Origin: Nitrospirae bacterium UBA2233
GTDB taxonomy: Bacteria > UBA2233
Assembly (NCBI GenBank): GCA_002347965.1
Contig: DDYN01000039.1
Span: forward strand, 1,797-65,796
DNA: 64,000 nucleotides
Reading direction: 5' to 3'
Shown: piece after piece, positions 1 through 9,021 of the stretch
Numbering within the stretch: position 1 is the first letter of the stretch
How the letters are laid out: each line of letters starts with the position of its first letter
Notes under the pieces: model-generated
The model's database searches: none
Seen by the model: the letters and a program-made list of their open reading frames with translations, nothing else
Told to the model about the DNA's origin: nothing
Program-made: the position numbers and the translations under genes

Positions 1-1701
1 CCCATTTGCCATACCTTGCTGGCTCAAGAATGCATGAATCCGCTTGCCCGCATCTTCGGGGGGCACATCTTCTGTAAACGACGCGTCTCTTGCCTTGATC
101 TCGACCAAACCCTTCTCTTTGTACTTTTTTCCTATCGTCAAACGAAGCGGAAGCCCGATGAGGTCAGCATCGTGGAATTTGACCCCAGGACGTTCCTCCC
201 GATCGTCGTAGAGGACGTCCACGCCTTGAGCCATGAGAGCCGAATATAACGAGTCGGCAAGCAGGGCAAGCTCTGATTGTCTTGTGTCAAGCAAAACCAG
301 GTGAACGGCGAACGGGGCCAAAGAGACAGGCCAAAGGATTCCTTGGTCATCGTGACACTGCTCGACTGTGGCCGCAATAGTTCTCCCGATTCCTATACCG
401 TAACATCCCATCACGGTAGGCTTTTTGTTCCCGTCGGCATCCAAGAAGACTGCTTCCATCGGCTTGGAGTATTTTGTTCCCAAGTAAAAAACCTGCCCAA
501 CCTCAATTCCCCTAGAAAGGGAAAGAGGCCCTTCGCATACGCCGCAGCAGTCGCCTTCCTGGGCAAGAGTAAGGTCGGCCAGCGTCTGGGCCTCGAAATC
601 CAGCGGATAGCTGACGTTGACCCAGTGGTAGCCGGGTTCGTTTGCCCCGGCTACACCGTTTTGAATTCCGGCGACGCTGTAATCTGCAACCACAGGCCAA
701 GCTTGGCCAATAGGGCCGATTTGGCCCTCTGGCAGTCCAGTCAAATCCTGAGCAAGCTCAGCCTCCACCACGCCCACAGAGCGCTTGAACTTGGGCAAAG
801 AAAGAATTCGGTCGCCACGAACAACGGCGAGGTAAGGCCCTCGCTCTGTCTGGATAAGCAAGGATTTTAAGATTTGTTCTGGATGAAGCCCGAGAACGAC
901 CGCAACTTCTTCGATTGTGGCAGCATCGCCGGTTTTAACCTTCTCTTTGCGAAGGGGTGACTCAGGCATTACGAAGGCGGGTTTGGCTACAGGAGCCAGC
1001 TCGGCGTTCCAGGCCTTTTTACAGTGGTTACAGCGGGCAATCTTATCCTCACCCGTTGGGGCAAGCACCTGGAATTCGTGGGAAAGGCTTCCTCCAATCG
1101 CACCCGTATCCGCCTCTACCGCTTCAAACTTAAGGCCTATCCTTCTGAAGATTCTCTCGTAGGCGGAATACATTGTCTGGTAGGACTGTCTGGCGCAAGC
1201 CTCGGAGAGGTCGAAGCTGTAAGCGTCTTTCATGAGAAACTCTCTAGCACGCATAAGGCCAAAGCGCGGGCGGATTTCATCGCGGAATTTGGTGTGAATT
1301 TGGTAGAGGATCAACGGGAGCTGCCTGTACGATCGGACTTCATTTTTGACGAGCTCGGTAACGACCTCTTCGTGTGTTGGCGCCAAGCAGAACTCCTGGT
1401 CTTTTCGATCTTTGAACCTTAGGAGTTCTTTTCCGTAAAACTCCCATCTTCCCGAGGAAGTCCATAGTTCCTTGGGTTGGACAAGTGGCATCTGGATCTC
1501 AACAGCCCCCGCACGCTCTATCTCCTCACGAACGAGCGCCATGAGTTTTCCTAGCGTCCTCAACCCCAAGGGAAGCATCGTGTAAATTCCCGCGGCAACC
1601 TTCCGGATAAAGCCCGCACGCACCAAAAGCTTATGGGAAATAACTTCGGCATCCTTGGGGTCTTCGCGGAGCGTGGGTATCAGAGCACGCGACATCTTCA
1701 T
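1..1701 (-). CDS. proS: Prolyl-tRNA synthetase (5' part in window; C-terminus runs off the left edge)
   Basis: Manual reverse-complement translation gives MKMSRALIPTLREDPKDAEVISHKLLVRAGFIRKVAAGIYTMLPLG... with no stop to position 1; class II aaRS motifs. The ATG overlaps the ispG stop (ATGA), and AAGGAGG lies upstream. Not in the ORF track because it is open at the edge. Confidence 0.85.
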   Translation of the reverse strand, partial: MKMSRALIPTLREDPKDAEVISHKLLVRAGFIRKVAAGIYTMLPLGLRTLGKLMALVREEIERAGAVEIQMPLVQPKELWTSSGRWEFYGKELLRFKDRKDQEFCLAPTHEEVVTELVKNEVRSYRQLPLILYQIHTKFRDEIRPRFGLMRAREFLMKDAYSFDLSEACARQSYQTMYSAYERIFRRIGLKFEAVEADTGAIGGSLSHEFQVLAPTGEDKIARCNHCKKAWNAELAPVAKPAFVMPESPLRKEKVKTGDAATIEEVAVVLGLHPEQILKSLLIQTERGPYLAVVRGDRILSLPKFKRSVGVVEAELAQDLTGLPEGQIGPIGQAWPVVADYSVAGIQNGVAGANEPGYHWVNVSYPLDFEAQTLADLTLAQEGDCCGVCEGPLSLSRGIEVGQVFYLGTKYSKPMEAVFLDADGNKKPTVMGCYGIGIGRTIAATVEQCHDDQGILWPVSLAPFAVHLVLLDTRQSELALLADSLYSALMAQGVDVLYDDREERPGVKFHDADLIGLPLRLTIGKKYKEKGLVEIKARDASFTEDVPPEDAGKRIHAFLSQQGMANG

Positions 1702-2795
1702 GCAGGAACCTCCTTAGCCCCCGGAGCCTTCTCTTCAATATTCTCTCTTTCAACCAACGCCTTTGCTTCTTGAACGAGACGTTCCAGGATTTGCGCCTTC
1801 TGCAACTTTGCCATCGGCTTCCCTTGAATGTAGAGAACCGCGCCGTCTTTTCCCCCGACAACGGCAATATCGGCATCTCTTGCTTCTCCCGGGCCGTTCA
1901 CTGTGCAGCCCATCACGGCAATCTTAAGCGGTTGCTCCACGAAGGAGAGCGCCTCTTCCACCTGTTTACCGAGCTCTTCCACGTCGATTTCAAGTCGGCC
2001 GCAGGTTGGACAGGCAACAACCTCGACCCCCCTCGAGCGGAGCCCCATAGACCTTAGGATGCCATACCCTACCCGCACTTCTTCTACGGGATTGCTCGCC
2101 AAAGAGACCCTGACCGTATCACCAATTCCATGCCAAAGTAGGACGGATAGGCCGCAGGCGCTCCGGATGGCACCCGAAAACTTGGTACCGGCCTCTGTGA
2201 TCCCAAGGTGCAGGGGGTAGTCGAAAGAAGCGGCAAAAATCTGATAAGCGCGGATTGTTGTCGGAACGTCGTAGGCCTTCAACGACACCTTGATATCGGT
2301 GAACCCGACATCTTCGAGCAGTTCCACGCTCCTTTTGGCCGATGCGACCATTGCTTCCGCACTCATTCCGAGCGAAGCCAAAAGGTCTTTTTCTAGGGAG
2401 CCGGCGTTAACCCCAACCCGAATCGGGACTCCGCGCGCCTTGGCTTCCTTGGCGAGCAGCGCGATATTGGCCCTTTTACCGATGTTTCCGGGGTTAATCC
2501 GCAGGCCATCCACCCCTTCTTCTAGCGACCGGAGCGCAAGACGGAAATCGAAGTGAACATCGGCAACAAGCGGAATTCTGGACCTTTTTTTTATTACCCC
2601 CAGCGAGGCCGCAGCTTCTTGGTCAGGGACGGCAACGCGGACAATCTCACACCCAACACGCTCAAGCGTTTCGATTTGACGGAGCGTCGCCTCCGCATCT
2701 CTCGTGTCCGTCGTGGTCATACTCTGAACGCGGATTGGGTTTCCCCCGCCTACAATCCACGGACCAAGCCGGACGGGTCTTGTTTTCCGAGGCAT
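1698..2795 (-). CDS. ispG: 4-hydroxy-3-methylbut-2-enyl diphosphate synthase (IspG/GcpE)
   Basis: 365 aa; GcpE family hallmarks (RVSLASNPVEEV, CPTCGR). Confidence 0.9.
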   Translation of the reverse strand: MPRKTRPVRLGPWIVGGGNPIRVQSMTTTDTRDAEATLRQIETLERVGCEIVRVAVPDQEAAASLGVIKKRSRIPLVADVHFDFRLALRSLEEGVDGLRINPGNIGKRANIALLAKEAKARGVPIRVGVNAGSLEKDLLASLGMSAEAMVASAKRSVELLEDVGFTDIKVSLKAYDVPTTIRAYQIFAASFDYPLHLGITEAGTKFSGAIRSACGLSVLLWHGIGDTVRVSLASNPVEEVRVGYGILRSMGLRSRGVEVVACPTCGRLEIDVEELGKQVEEALSFVEQPLKIAVMGCTVNGPGEARDADIAVVGGKDGAVLYIQGKPMAKLQKAQILERLVQEAKALVERENIEEKAPGAKEVPA

Positions 2796-2797
2796 AG

Positions 2798-3914
2798 CTA
2801 CCCTCCGACTCTTGCCAGCAGGGCTTTTTTAATGAACGGAAAAACCTGGCCGTCGAGGACGGCTTGGACGTCCGAAGTCTCTAAGCCCGTCCTGTGGTCC
2901 TTTACGAGCTGATAAGGCTGAAGGACATAAGACCGGATCTGAGACCCGAATGTCGCCTCTTTTTGACCCTGGCTATAACTTAAGAGCTTGGCTTCCTGCT
3001 CTTTTTTGAGCATATCGTAGAGCCTGGATTTAAGGATCTTTAAGGCCATAGCCTTGTTTTTAAACTGACTCCGTTCGTTTTGACATTGAACGACGATGCC
3101 TGTCGGAATGTGGGTAATGCGAACGGCCGAATCCGTCTTGTTGATGTGCTGCCCGCCCTTGCCGGAAGCCCGGAAGGTATCGACCCTAAGGTCTTTCTCG
3201 TCAATCTCGACGGCGATGTCGTCTTCGATTTCGGGGTAAACGGATACCGAAGCGAACGAAGTATGCCGCCTCTTGTTCGTGTCGAACGGAGAGATCCGAA
3301 CCAGCCTGTGAACCCCTCTTTCTGATTTGAGGTATCCGTAAGCGTTTTCTCCCGCAACAAGAAAGGTGGCTGATTTTAGACCGGCCTCTTCGGCCTCCTG
3401 TAAGTCCAGGATTTCAGCCTCAAACCCCGCCTCTTCCGAGAAGCGCACATACATCCTAAGGAGCATTTGGCAGAAATCCATGGCATCCGTCCCTCCAGAC
3501 CCTGCTTGGACGGTCAAGATGGCGTTTCGCTTGTCGTCATCTTCTCCAAGCAGCACTTCAATCTCAAACGCGGCCAAGTCTTGTTCGAGAGGTAGGACGA
3601 GCCGCCTAATCTCCTCCAACAAGGATGTGTCCTCTTCCGCCTTGGCAAGGTCGAGCAACTCGAGGGCACTTTTGAGTTCACCTTCAATCCGCTCGACCCT
3701 AGAAACCTCCAGCTCCAACCTACGCTTTTCTCTCCCAAACAACTGAAGCTTTTTGGGATCCTCAAACGTCTCGGGCTGGGCCAGCATGACTTCTAGCTCG
3801 CTCAAGCGAATCTTTTTCGCCTCGAGCTCAAAGACCCCCCCTTAACGCTTGGATTCGCTCAAGAAACTGGCCGAGCCCGCCTTCTAGCTCCTCTTGGCTT
3901 TGAATGGCAACCAT
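2798..3914 (-). CDS. prfB: Peptide chain release factor 2, produced by programmed +1 ribosomal frameshift
   Basis: The 0-frame MVAIQSQEELEGGLGQFLERIQALRGGL ends at an in-frame TGA (3830..3828). The +1 frame continues ELEAKKIRLSELEVML... through RF2 motifs (SGKGGQHINKTDSAVRITH, GGQ) to 2798. Confidence 0.85.
3828..3846 (-). promoter_or_regulatory. prfB +1 frameshift site: internal SD AGGGGG, 3-nt spacer, CUU UGA G
   Basis: The minus-strand sequence reads TTAAGGGGGGGTCTTTGAG, the same layout as the E. coli prfB recoding site (AGGGGGUAUCUUUGAC). Confidence 0.8.
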
Positions 3915-3950
3915 CGCATGCTCCTTTTATTATCGCCATACTCGATTATT

Positions 3951-6062
3951 TTAGGGTGTCCCCTGGGCCTCTTTATGAGAAAGGCGAATTTTCCCTCCCC
4001 TGTCAACTTCCAGGACTTTGACAAGAAGCTCGTCCCCCTCCTTTAGCCTGTCGTGGATGTTGTGGACCCTTTCGTTTGAGATCTGGGAGATGTGCAAAAG
4101 CCCTACAATTCCAGGCATGATTTCGACAAACGCGCCAAAATCCACGACGCTCTTAACCTTACCCATGTAGACCTGGCCAACCTCCGGCTCTCTCACGATC
4201 TCCTGGATCATCCGGATGGCCTCATCGCACGCCTCTTTGTCAACAGAGGCGATATTTACGGTACCGGAATCGTCGATAAATATCTTCGCCTTCGTCTTGT
4301 CGACGATGTGCTTGATCATCTTTCCGCCTGGGCCGATAACCTCGCGAATCTTCTCGGGCTTGATCTGGAGCGTAACGATCCTCGGGGCATAGAGCGAAAT
4401 CTCTTCTCTCGGCCCTTGAATGCTGTGTTCCATGATATCCAAGATGTGCAGACGGCCTTCTTTGGCTTGCAACAGGGCTTTTCTTAGGATTTCAGCATCC
4501 ACACCCTTGATCTTGGTATCCATCTGAAAGGCCGTGATTCCTTTTCGGGTTCCGGCAACCTTGAAATCCATATCGCCCAAATGGTCCTCGTCTCCTAATA
4601 TGTCCGAGAGAATGACGACATCGTCTCCTTCTTTGATCAGCCCCATTGCAATCCCGGCGACAGCGGCGCTTATCGGGACACCGGCATCCATAAGGGCTAG
4701 GCTTGCCCCACACACGGTAGCCATCGAGGACGATCCGTTGGACTCAAAAACGTCCGAAACGACCCTTATCGTATATGGAAACTGTTCATCGCCCGGAACG
4801 ACGCCGCCAAGCGCGCGTTCTGCAAGGTGACCATGGCCGACTTCTCTGCGTGAGGGAGACCTTAAAAATTTAACCTCCCCGACGCTGAACGGAGGAAAAT
4901 TATAATGGAGCATGAATTTCTTATACTGGTCGCCCTCTAGCAGCTCAATCTTCTGCTCGTCTACCCAGGTTCCAAGCGTGACCGTCACAAGTGCCTGGGT
5001 TTCGCCGCGGGTAAACAGCGCACTACCATGCGTACGGGGCAAAAATGGCACCTCGATTGTAATGTTTCGGATGCCATTAGGCTTCCTGTTGTCGATCCGT
5101 ATGCCGTCCTCAATGACCTTCTTGCGCATGAGATGGCGCTCGAGCTCGAACAGATAAGGCTGAGAAAGCCTTTTTACTAGGGCATCATCGCCGAGCAACT
5201 CCATGAGCCGAGCCCGAACCTCGTGTAGCCTTTGGTTTCTGGCCTTCTTTTCCGGGATTGATAGGGCCTCCGTCAAAAGGACCGTTCCCTCGTTGGACAA
5301 CAGGTTCTTTACTTCTTCGGGAAGGTTCGGCGGCTCGAAGGCGAGCTTTGGTTTGCCCGCTTTTTTTCTAACCTCCTCCTGAATCTCGATTACGCGACGC
5401 CCTTGCTCGTAGCCAAACAATATGCCCTGGAGAACTACCTCCTCCTCGAGCTCGAGCATCCCCCCTTCAACCATGATGACGGCGTTTTGTGTGCTAGCCA
5501 CTACCATATCCATGACGGTGCCGTTCTCTTTGGCTTCAGCGTCGCTGTTTTTGGCAGACTCCAAAGAGGGAGGGTTCAAGGAAAACGTATTCCCGTCGTA
5601 GCCAACTCGTACTCCTGCGATAGGCCCGGTAAAAGGCACTTCCGAAACATGGACGGCGCATGACGCGGCAATCATAGCAAGCACGCCGGTATCGTGCACC
5701 AAATCCGAAGAAAGAACCGTCGCGATAATTTGAATATCTCGGTTGAACCCCTTGGGAATAAGCGGTCGGATCGAGCGGTCAATAAACCTAGAAGAAAGAA
5801 CCTCCCGCTCTGTGGGCCTTCCTTCTCTCTTAAAAAACCCTCCCGGGATCTTTCCTGCTGCATACGTCATCTGGACGTAATCGACGGTTAAGGGGATAAA
5901 GTCTCCGGCTTCTCTTGGCTCCTGGGCCACACAACATGTGGCCAAGACTACGCTGTCTCCATGGCGGGCCAAACAAGCTCCAGAGGCCTGGCGTGCCACG
6001 CCGCCTAGCTCAAGCGATAGCGGAGCATCTCCAAAATTCGTGCTTACAACGATTCGTTCCAT
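3951..6062 (-). CDS. pnp: Polynucleotide phosphorylase
   Basis: 703 aa; two RNase PH domains followed by KH and S1 domains; classic rpsO-pnp arrangement. Confidence 0.95.
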   Translation of the reverse strand: MERIVVSTNFGDAPLSLELGGVARQASGACLARHGDSVVLATCCVAQEPREAGDFIPLTVDYVQMTYAAGKIPGGFFKREGRPTEREVLSSRFIDRSIRPLIPKGFNRDIQIIATVLSSDLVHDTGVLAMIAASCAVHVSEVPFTGPIAGVRVGYDGNTFSLNPPSLESAKNSDAEAKENGTVMDMVVASTQNAVIMVEGGMLELEEEVVLQGILFGYEQGRRVIEIQEEVRKKAGKPKLAFEPPNLPEEVKNLLSNEGTVLLTEALSIPEKKARNQRLHEVRARLMELLGDDALVKRLSQPYLFELERHLMRKKVIEDGIRIDNRKPNGIRNITIEVPFLPRTHGSALFTRGETQALVTVTLGTWVDEQKIELLEGDQYKKFMLHYNFPPFSVGEVKFLRSPSRREVGHGHLAERALGGVVPGDEQFPYTIRVVSDVFESNGSSSMATVCGASLALMDAGVPISAAVAGIAMGLIKEGDDVVILSDILGDEDHLGDMDFKVAGTRKGITAFQMDTKIKGVDAEILRKALLQAKEGRLHILDIMEHSIQGPREEISLYAPRIVTLQIKPEKIREVIGPGGKMIKHIVDKTKAKIFIDDSGTVNIASVDKEACDEAIRMIQEIVREPEVGQVYMGKVKSVVDFGAFVEIMPGIVGLLHISQISNERVHNIHDRLKEGDELLVKVLEVDRGGKIRLSHKEAQGTP

Positions 6063-6096
6063 GCTTCTTATTAATCTCCAATTGTCCTTTATATTG

Positions 6097-6366
6097 CTAT
6101 CTCCGCAACCCTAGCGCCTCAATCAGCCTTTGGTAACGCTCCGGACTCTTCCTCTTCAGGTAATCTAGCAGCCCTTTCCGTCTGGAAACCATCCGAAAGA
6201 GCCCGACCCTGGAGTGGTTATCCTTCTTGTGGAGCTTGAAATGCCCGCTTAGCGACACAATTCGCTTTGAAAGAATCGCGACTTGAACCTCGGGAGAGCC
6301 AGTATCCCGTTCATGCAGGCCAAACGACCGGATTAACCCGGATACATCAACGCTACGCTTTTCCAT
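6097..6366 (-). CDS. rpsO: 30S ribosomal protein S15
   Basis: 89 aa [32 protein letters not shown]...; AAGGAGG precedes the ATG at 6366. The tracked ORF is a spurious 5' extension. Confidence 0.9.
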   Translation of the reverse strand: MEKRSVDVSGLIRSFGLHERDTGSPEVQVAILSKRIVSLSGHFKLHKKDNHSRVGLFRMVSRRKGLLDYLKRKSPERYQRLIEALGLRR

Positions 6367-6400
6367 CCAAATCCTCCTTTTGTTGCATTCCATATATCGA

Positions 6401-7351
6401 TCAAGACAAAAATATAACACGGGAGGGTTGAAGCACCCCCAAGCCAGGCCATAGGCGGGCATTTCGTTCTAGCGGGACGACGGCCTGGCCAACCCCTATA
6501 AGCCGAAGCCGCTGATGGCGCTCAAAGACGCTTACCATCCCCTCTTTTTCCACCCGAACACCGTCGAGGTTGCTTAAATCCACGTCTTCAAACGCAACCC
6601 GCTCTCCTTGAAAAAATCTTCTTGCGCCCCGGGGCGTTACCATAACATCCGGGAAAAGCCTGCGAGCTAACGTTTCGATGGGCAGGACACGACCCTGGAG
6701 AGCGCTCGATCCTTCCAAACCCGTCGTGCTCGGAGAGGCCGCCTCGGATAGGACAAAAGGACCACACTGGGTTCGTACGAGAGATTTAAGCATGGCCAAG
6801 GTTCCAATCCTGCGGCCTATATCCCTGGCAAGGCTCCGAATATAAGTCCCCTTGTGGCAATAGACACGAATCGTGAGGTTCGGCAGCGATACATCCAAAA
6901 GTTCGATGGCCCGGATAAAAACCTTTACGGGATTCAGCTCTACCTCTATGCCTTTGCGAGCCAAGTCCGAAGCGCGCTTGCCGTGAATTTTTTTTGCGCA
7001 AAACTTTGGCGGGACCTGCCACGTTTCTCCGCAAAACGAGCGCAAAACCTCTTCGAGGTATATTTTATCGACAGCAGGTACATCTGCATGAGCCAAAATG
7101 TCGCCTTTTTGGTCGAGGGTGTCCGTTTCAATACCCAAGGTTACTAGAGCTTCGTATGTCCTGCTCCCGTCTTGAACGTAAGGAATGAGCTTTGTGGCTT
7201 CCTCAAAAAAAACAGGAAGGACACCACCCGCAAACGAATCAAGGATACCTGTATGTCCGGCCTTTTTGGCCCCGACCATTCTCTTGACACGACTCAAGAC
7301 ATCAAACGATGTAACGCCCTCAGGCTTGTCTACTACAAGAACGCCATTCAT
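6401..7351 (-). CDS. truB: tRNA pseudouridine(55) synthase TruB
   Basis: N-terminus [30 protein letters not shown] catalytic-Asp motif, PUA-like C-terminus. Confidence 0.85.
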   Translation of the reverse strand: MNGVLVVDKPEGVTSFDVLSRVKRMVGAKKAGHTGILDSFAGGVLPVFFEEATKLIPYVQDGSRTYEALVTLGIETDTLDQKGDILAHADVPAVDKIYLEEVLRSFCGETWQVPPKFCAKKIHGKRASDLARKGIEVELNPVKVFIRAIELLDVSLPNLTIRVYCHKGTYIRSLARDIGRRIGTLAMLKSLVRTQCGPFVLSEAASPSTTGLEGSSALQGRVLPIETLARRLFPDVMVTPRGARRFFQGERVAFEDVDLSNLDGVRVEKEGMVSVFERHQRLRLIGVGQAVVPLERNARLWPGLGVLQPSRVIFLS

Positions 7352-7356
7352 AGCGG

Positions 7357-8319
7357 CTAGGAGAAAAAGGCTTGAAGGAGACGATTAACGACGCGCCCCT
7401 TGGCTTCCTGCAGGGGGCCATCGAAAACGGCTCCAGCGGCCATCTTATGCCCTCCACCTCCAAAGGCACCGCATACGGAGGCCACGTCCAGCGTGCCGTT
7501 TGAGCGTAGCGATACTTTGGTTTTGTTAGGCTCAAGCTCACGAAAAAGGCAAGCCACCTCTACCCCAGGGATTCCCCGGAGTATCTCCACAAACCCTTCG
7601 GTATGTTCCTGTTTTGCGCCACAACTCTTGAGCATTTCTTGGAATACGGAGATTGTTGAGATTTTTTCCTTGCCAAACAGCTCAAGTGTGGCGAACACCT
7701 TGCCCATTAGAAAAATTTTTTCCTTCGGATAGTGGTTGTGCAGCGCCATGCCTACTTTTTCTGGTTTAGCGCCCATCCGAACGAGCTCCGAGGCAATAAA
7801 AAGCGTACGGGCTGTAGTATTGCTGTACTTGAACGACCCGGTGTCTGCGCTGATTGCGGCCAATAGGCAGCTGGCTACCTCCGGGGAAGGTTCAAAGCCG
7901 AGCCTTCGAAGCAACAAATATACCATTTCGCCCGTTGCCGCCGCTTCTGGGTCTATCCAATTGACATCACCGAAGCGAGTGTTGGTTGTGTGGTGGTCGA
8001 TATTCACGACGCACGAAACATCCCTTTGCGGCCTCTCTCTCGTCTCTCCAATGCGTTCAATGTCTCCGCAGTCTACGACAACCAGAAGGTCGTACGGGTA
8101 TTCGAGCGCGAACGGGCCGGAAGAAACATCCTCAGCGCCAGGAAGGAATTTCAGATAGTCAGGAACTCCGTCCCGAAGCCACACCTTTGCCTTCTTTCCG
8201 AGGGCGCAAAACGTGTGCGCAATTGCAAGACACGAGCCCACGTTATCCGCCTCGGGAGAAACGTGAGAGGTTATAAGCGCACGCTCCGCCTTGGAAAAGG
8301 CATGAGCTATCGCCCCCAT
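7357..8319 (-). CDS. nrnA: DHH-family phosphoesterase (NrnA-like nanoRNase/pAp phosphatase)
   Basis: DHH motifs (NIDHHTTN, GGGH, DHHA1-like C-terminus). Start taken at MGAIAHAF, 13 nt after the rbfA stop. Confidence 0.7.
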   Translation of the reverse strand: MGAIAHAFSKAERALITSHVSPEADNVGSCLAIAHTFCALGKKAKVWLRDGVPDYLKFLPGAEDVSSGPFALEYPYDLLVVVDCGDIERIGETRERPQRDVSCVVNIDHHTTNTRFGDVNWIDPEAAATGEMVYLLLRRLGFEPSPEVASCLLAAISADTGSFKYSNTTARTLFIASELVRMGAKPEKVGMALHNHYPKEKIFLMGKVFATLELFGKEKISTISVFQEMLKSCGAKQEHTEGFVEILRGIPGVEVACLFRELEPNKTKVSLRSNGTLDVASVCGAFGGGGHKMAAGAVFDGPLQEAKGRVVNRLLQAFFS

Positions 8320-8332
8320 CTCGGGTTCAAAG

Positions 8333-8674
8333 TTATCGATTCTCGTGTATTCTGGCAAGAAGCACTTCGATTCTTCGAGCGTACTCAAAAGCCGTGTCCC
8401 TTTCGAAAGTGAGTTCGGGAATCATCTTTAAATCCAGACGCCTGTAAAGAAGCTTTCGGATGAATGGGCTTGCCTTGTTGAGCGCCTTAAGCTCGGCTAG
8501 GGCTTGCTCATCTGAAGCCAGGGAGCTGAAGTAAACGCGTGCCAGCCGGAAGTCTTTACTTAGCTCTACTTCTACGACCGTTACCATGCTGACCTCTGGA
8601 TCTTTCAGCTCACGCTCGAGAATCCAAGAGACCTCCTCTTTCAAGAGCGAGGATACGCGTTGGGCTCGATGCAT
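8333..8674 (-). CDS. rbfA: Ribosome-binding factor A
   Basis: MHRAQRVSSLLKEEVSWILERELKDPEVSMVTVVEVELSKDFRLARVYF matches RbfA. Confidence 0.85.
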   Translation of the reverse strand: MHRAQRVSSLLKEEVSWILERELKDPEVSMVTVVEVELSKDFRLARVYFSSLASDEQALAELKALNKASPFIRKLLYRRLDLKMIPELTFERDTAFEYARRIEVLLARIHENR

Positions 8675-8684
8675 CCCAATCTCC

Positions 8685-9017
8685 TTAGGAGTATTTTTCT
8701 TCACACCCCGTAGAAAACGGGGTGTTTTGGGAGTATGTCAGAATTTCTTGCGTGTCTTCCAAGCACTCGATTCCGAATTGGCTCTCGATATAGGCGACTC
8801 CTCCCTGGAGAACCCTTTGAAGCGTTCGCACCTCCCTGCCTACTGCCGAGAACCCAAGAGTCAGTACTTCGTGGTTGTCTAGCTCGTCTACCTCGGAGAC
8901 GGCCAAGTTGTAGCGGCTCTTAAGCCTTGCGACAATAGCTTGGACAAAACTGCGTTTGTCTTTTAAGGACGGCTTGTAGGGAATAAGAAACCTGGCCCTA
9001 CAAACAACTACGACCAT
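8685..9017 (-). CDS. DUF503 (YlxP-like) protein of the nusA-infB operon
   Basis: 110 aa; LKDKRSFVQAIVARLKSRYNLAVSEVDELD matches the YlxP/DUF503 core; typical position between infB and rbfA. Confidence 0.75.
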   Translation of the reverse strand: MVVVVCRARFLIPYKPSLKDKRSFVQAIVARLKSRYNLAVSEVDELDNHEVLTLGFSAVGREVRTLQRVLQGGVAYIESQFGIECLEDTQEILTYSQNTPFSTGCEEKYS

Positions 9018-9021
9018 GGCC

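Noticed and set aside
1-1500. Plus-strand ORFs 16..249, 277..870, 917..1162 and 1024..1422
   Set aside because: All are antisense to the open-ended proS reading frame, which has clear aaRS homology.
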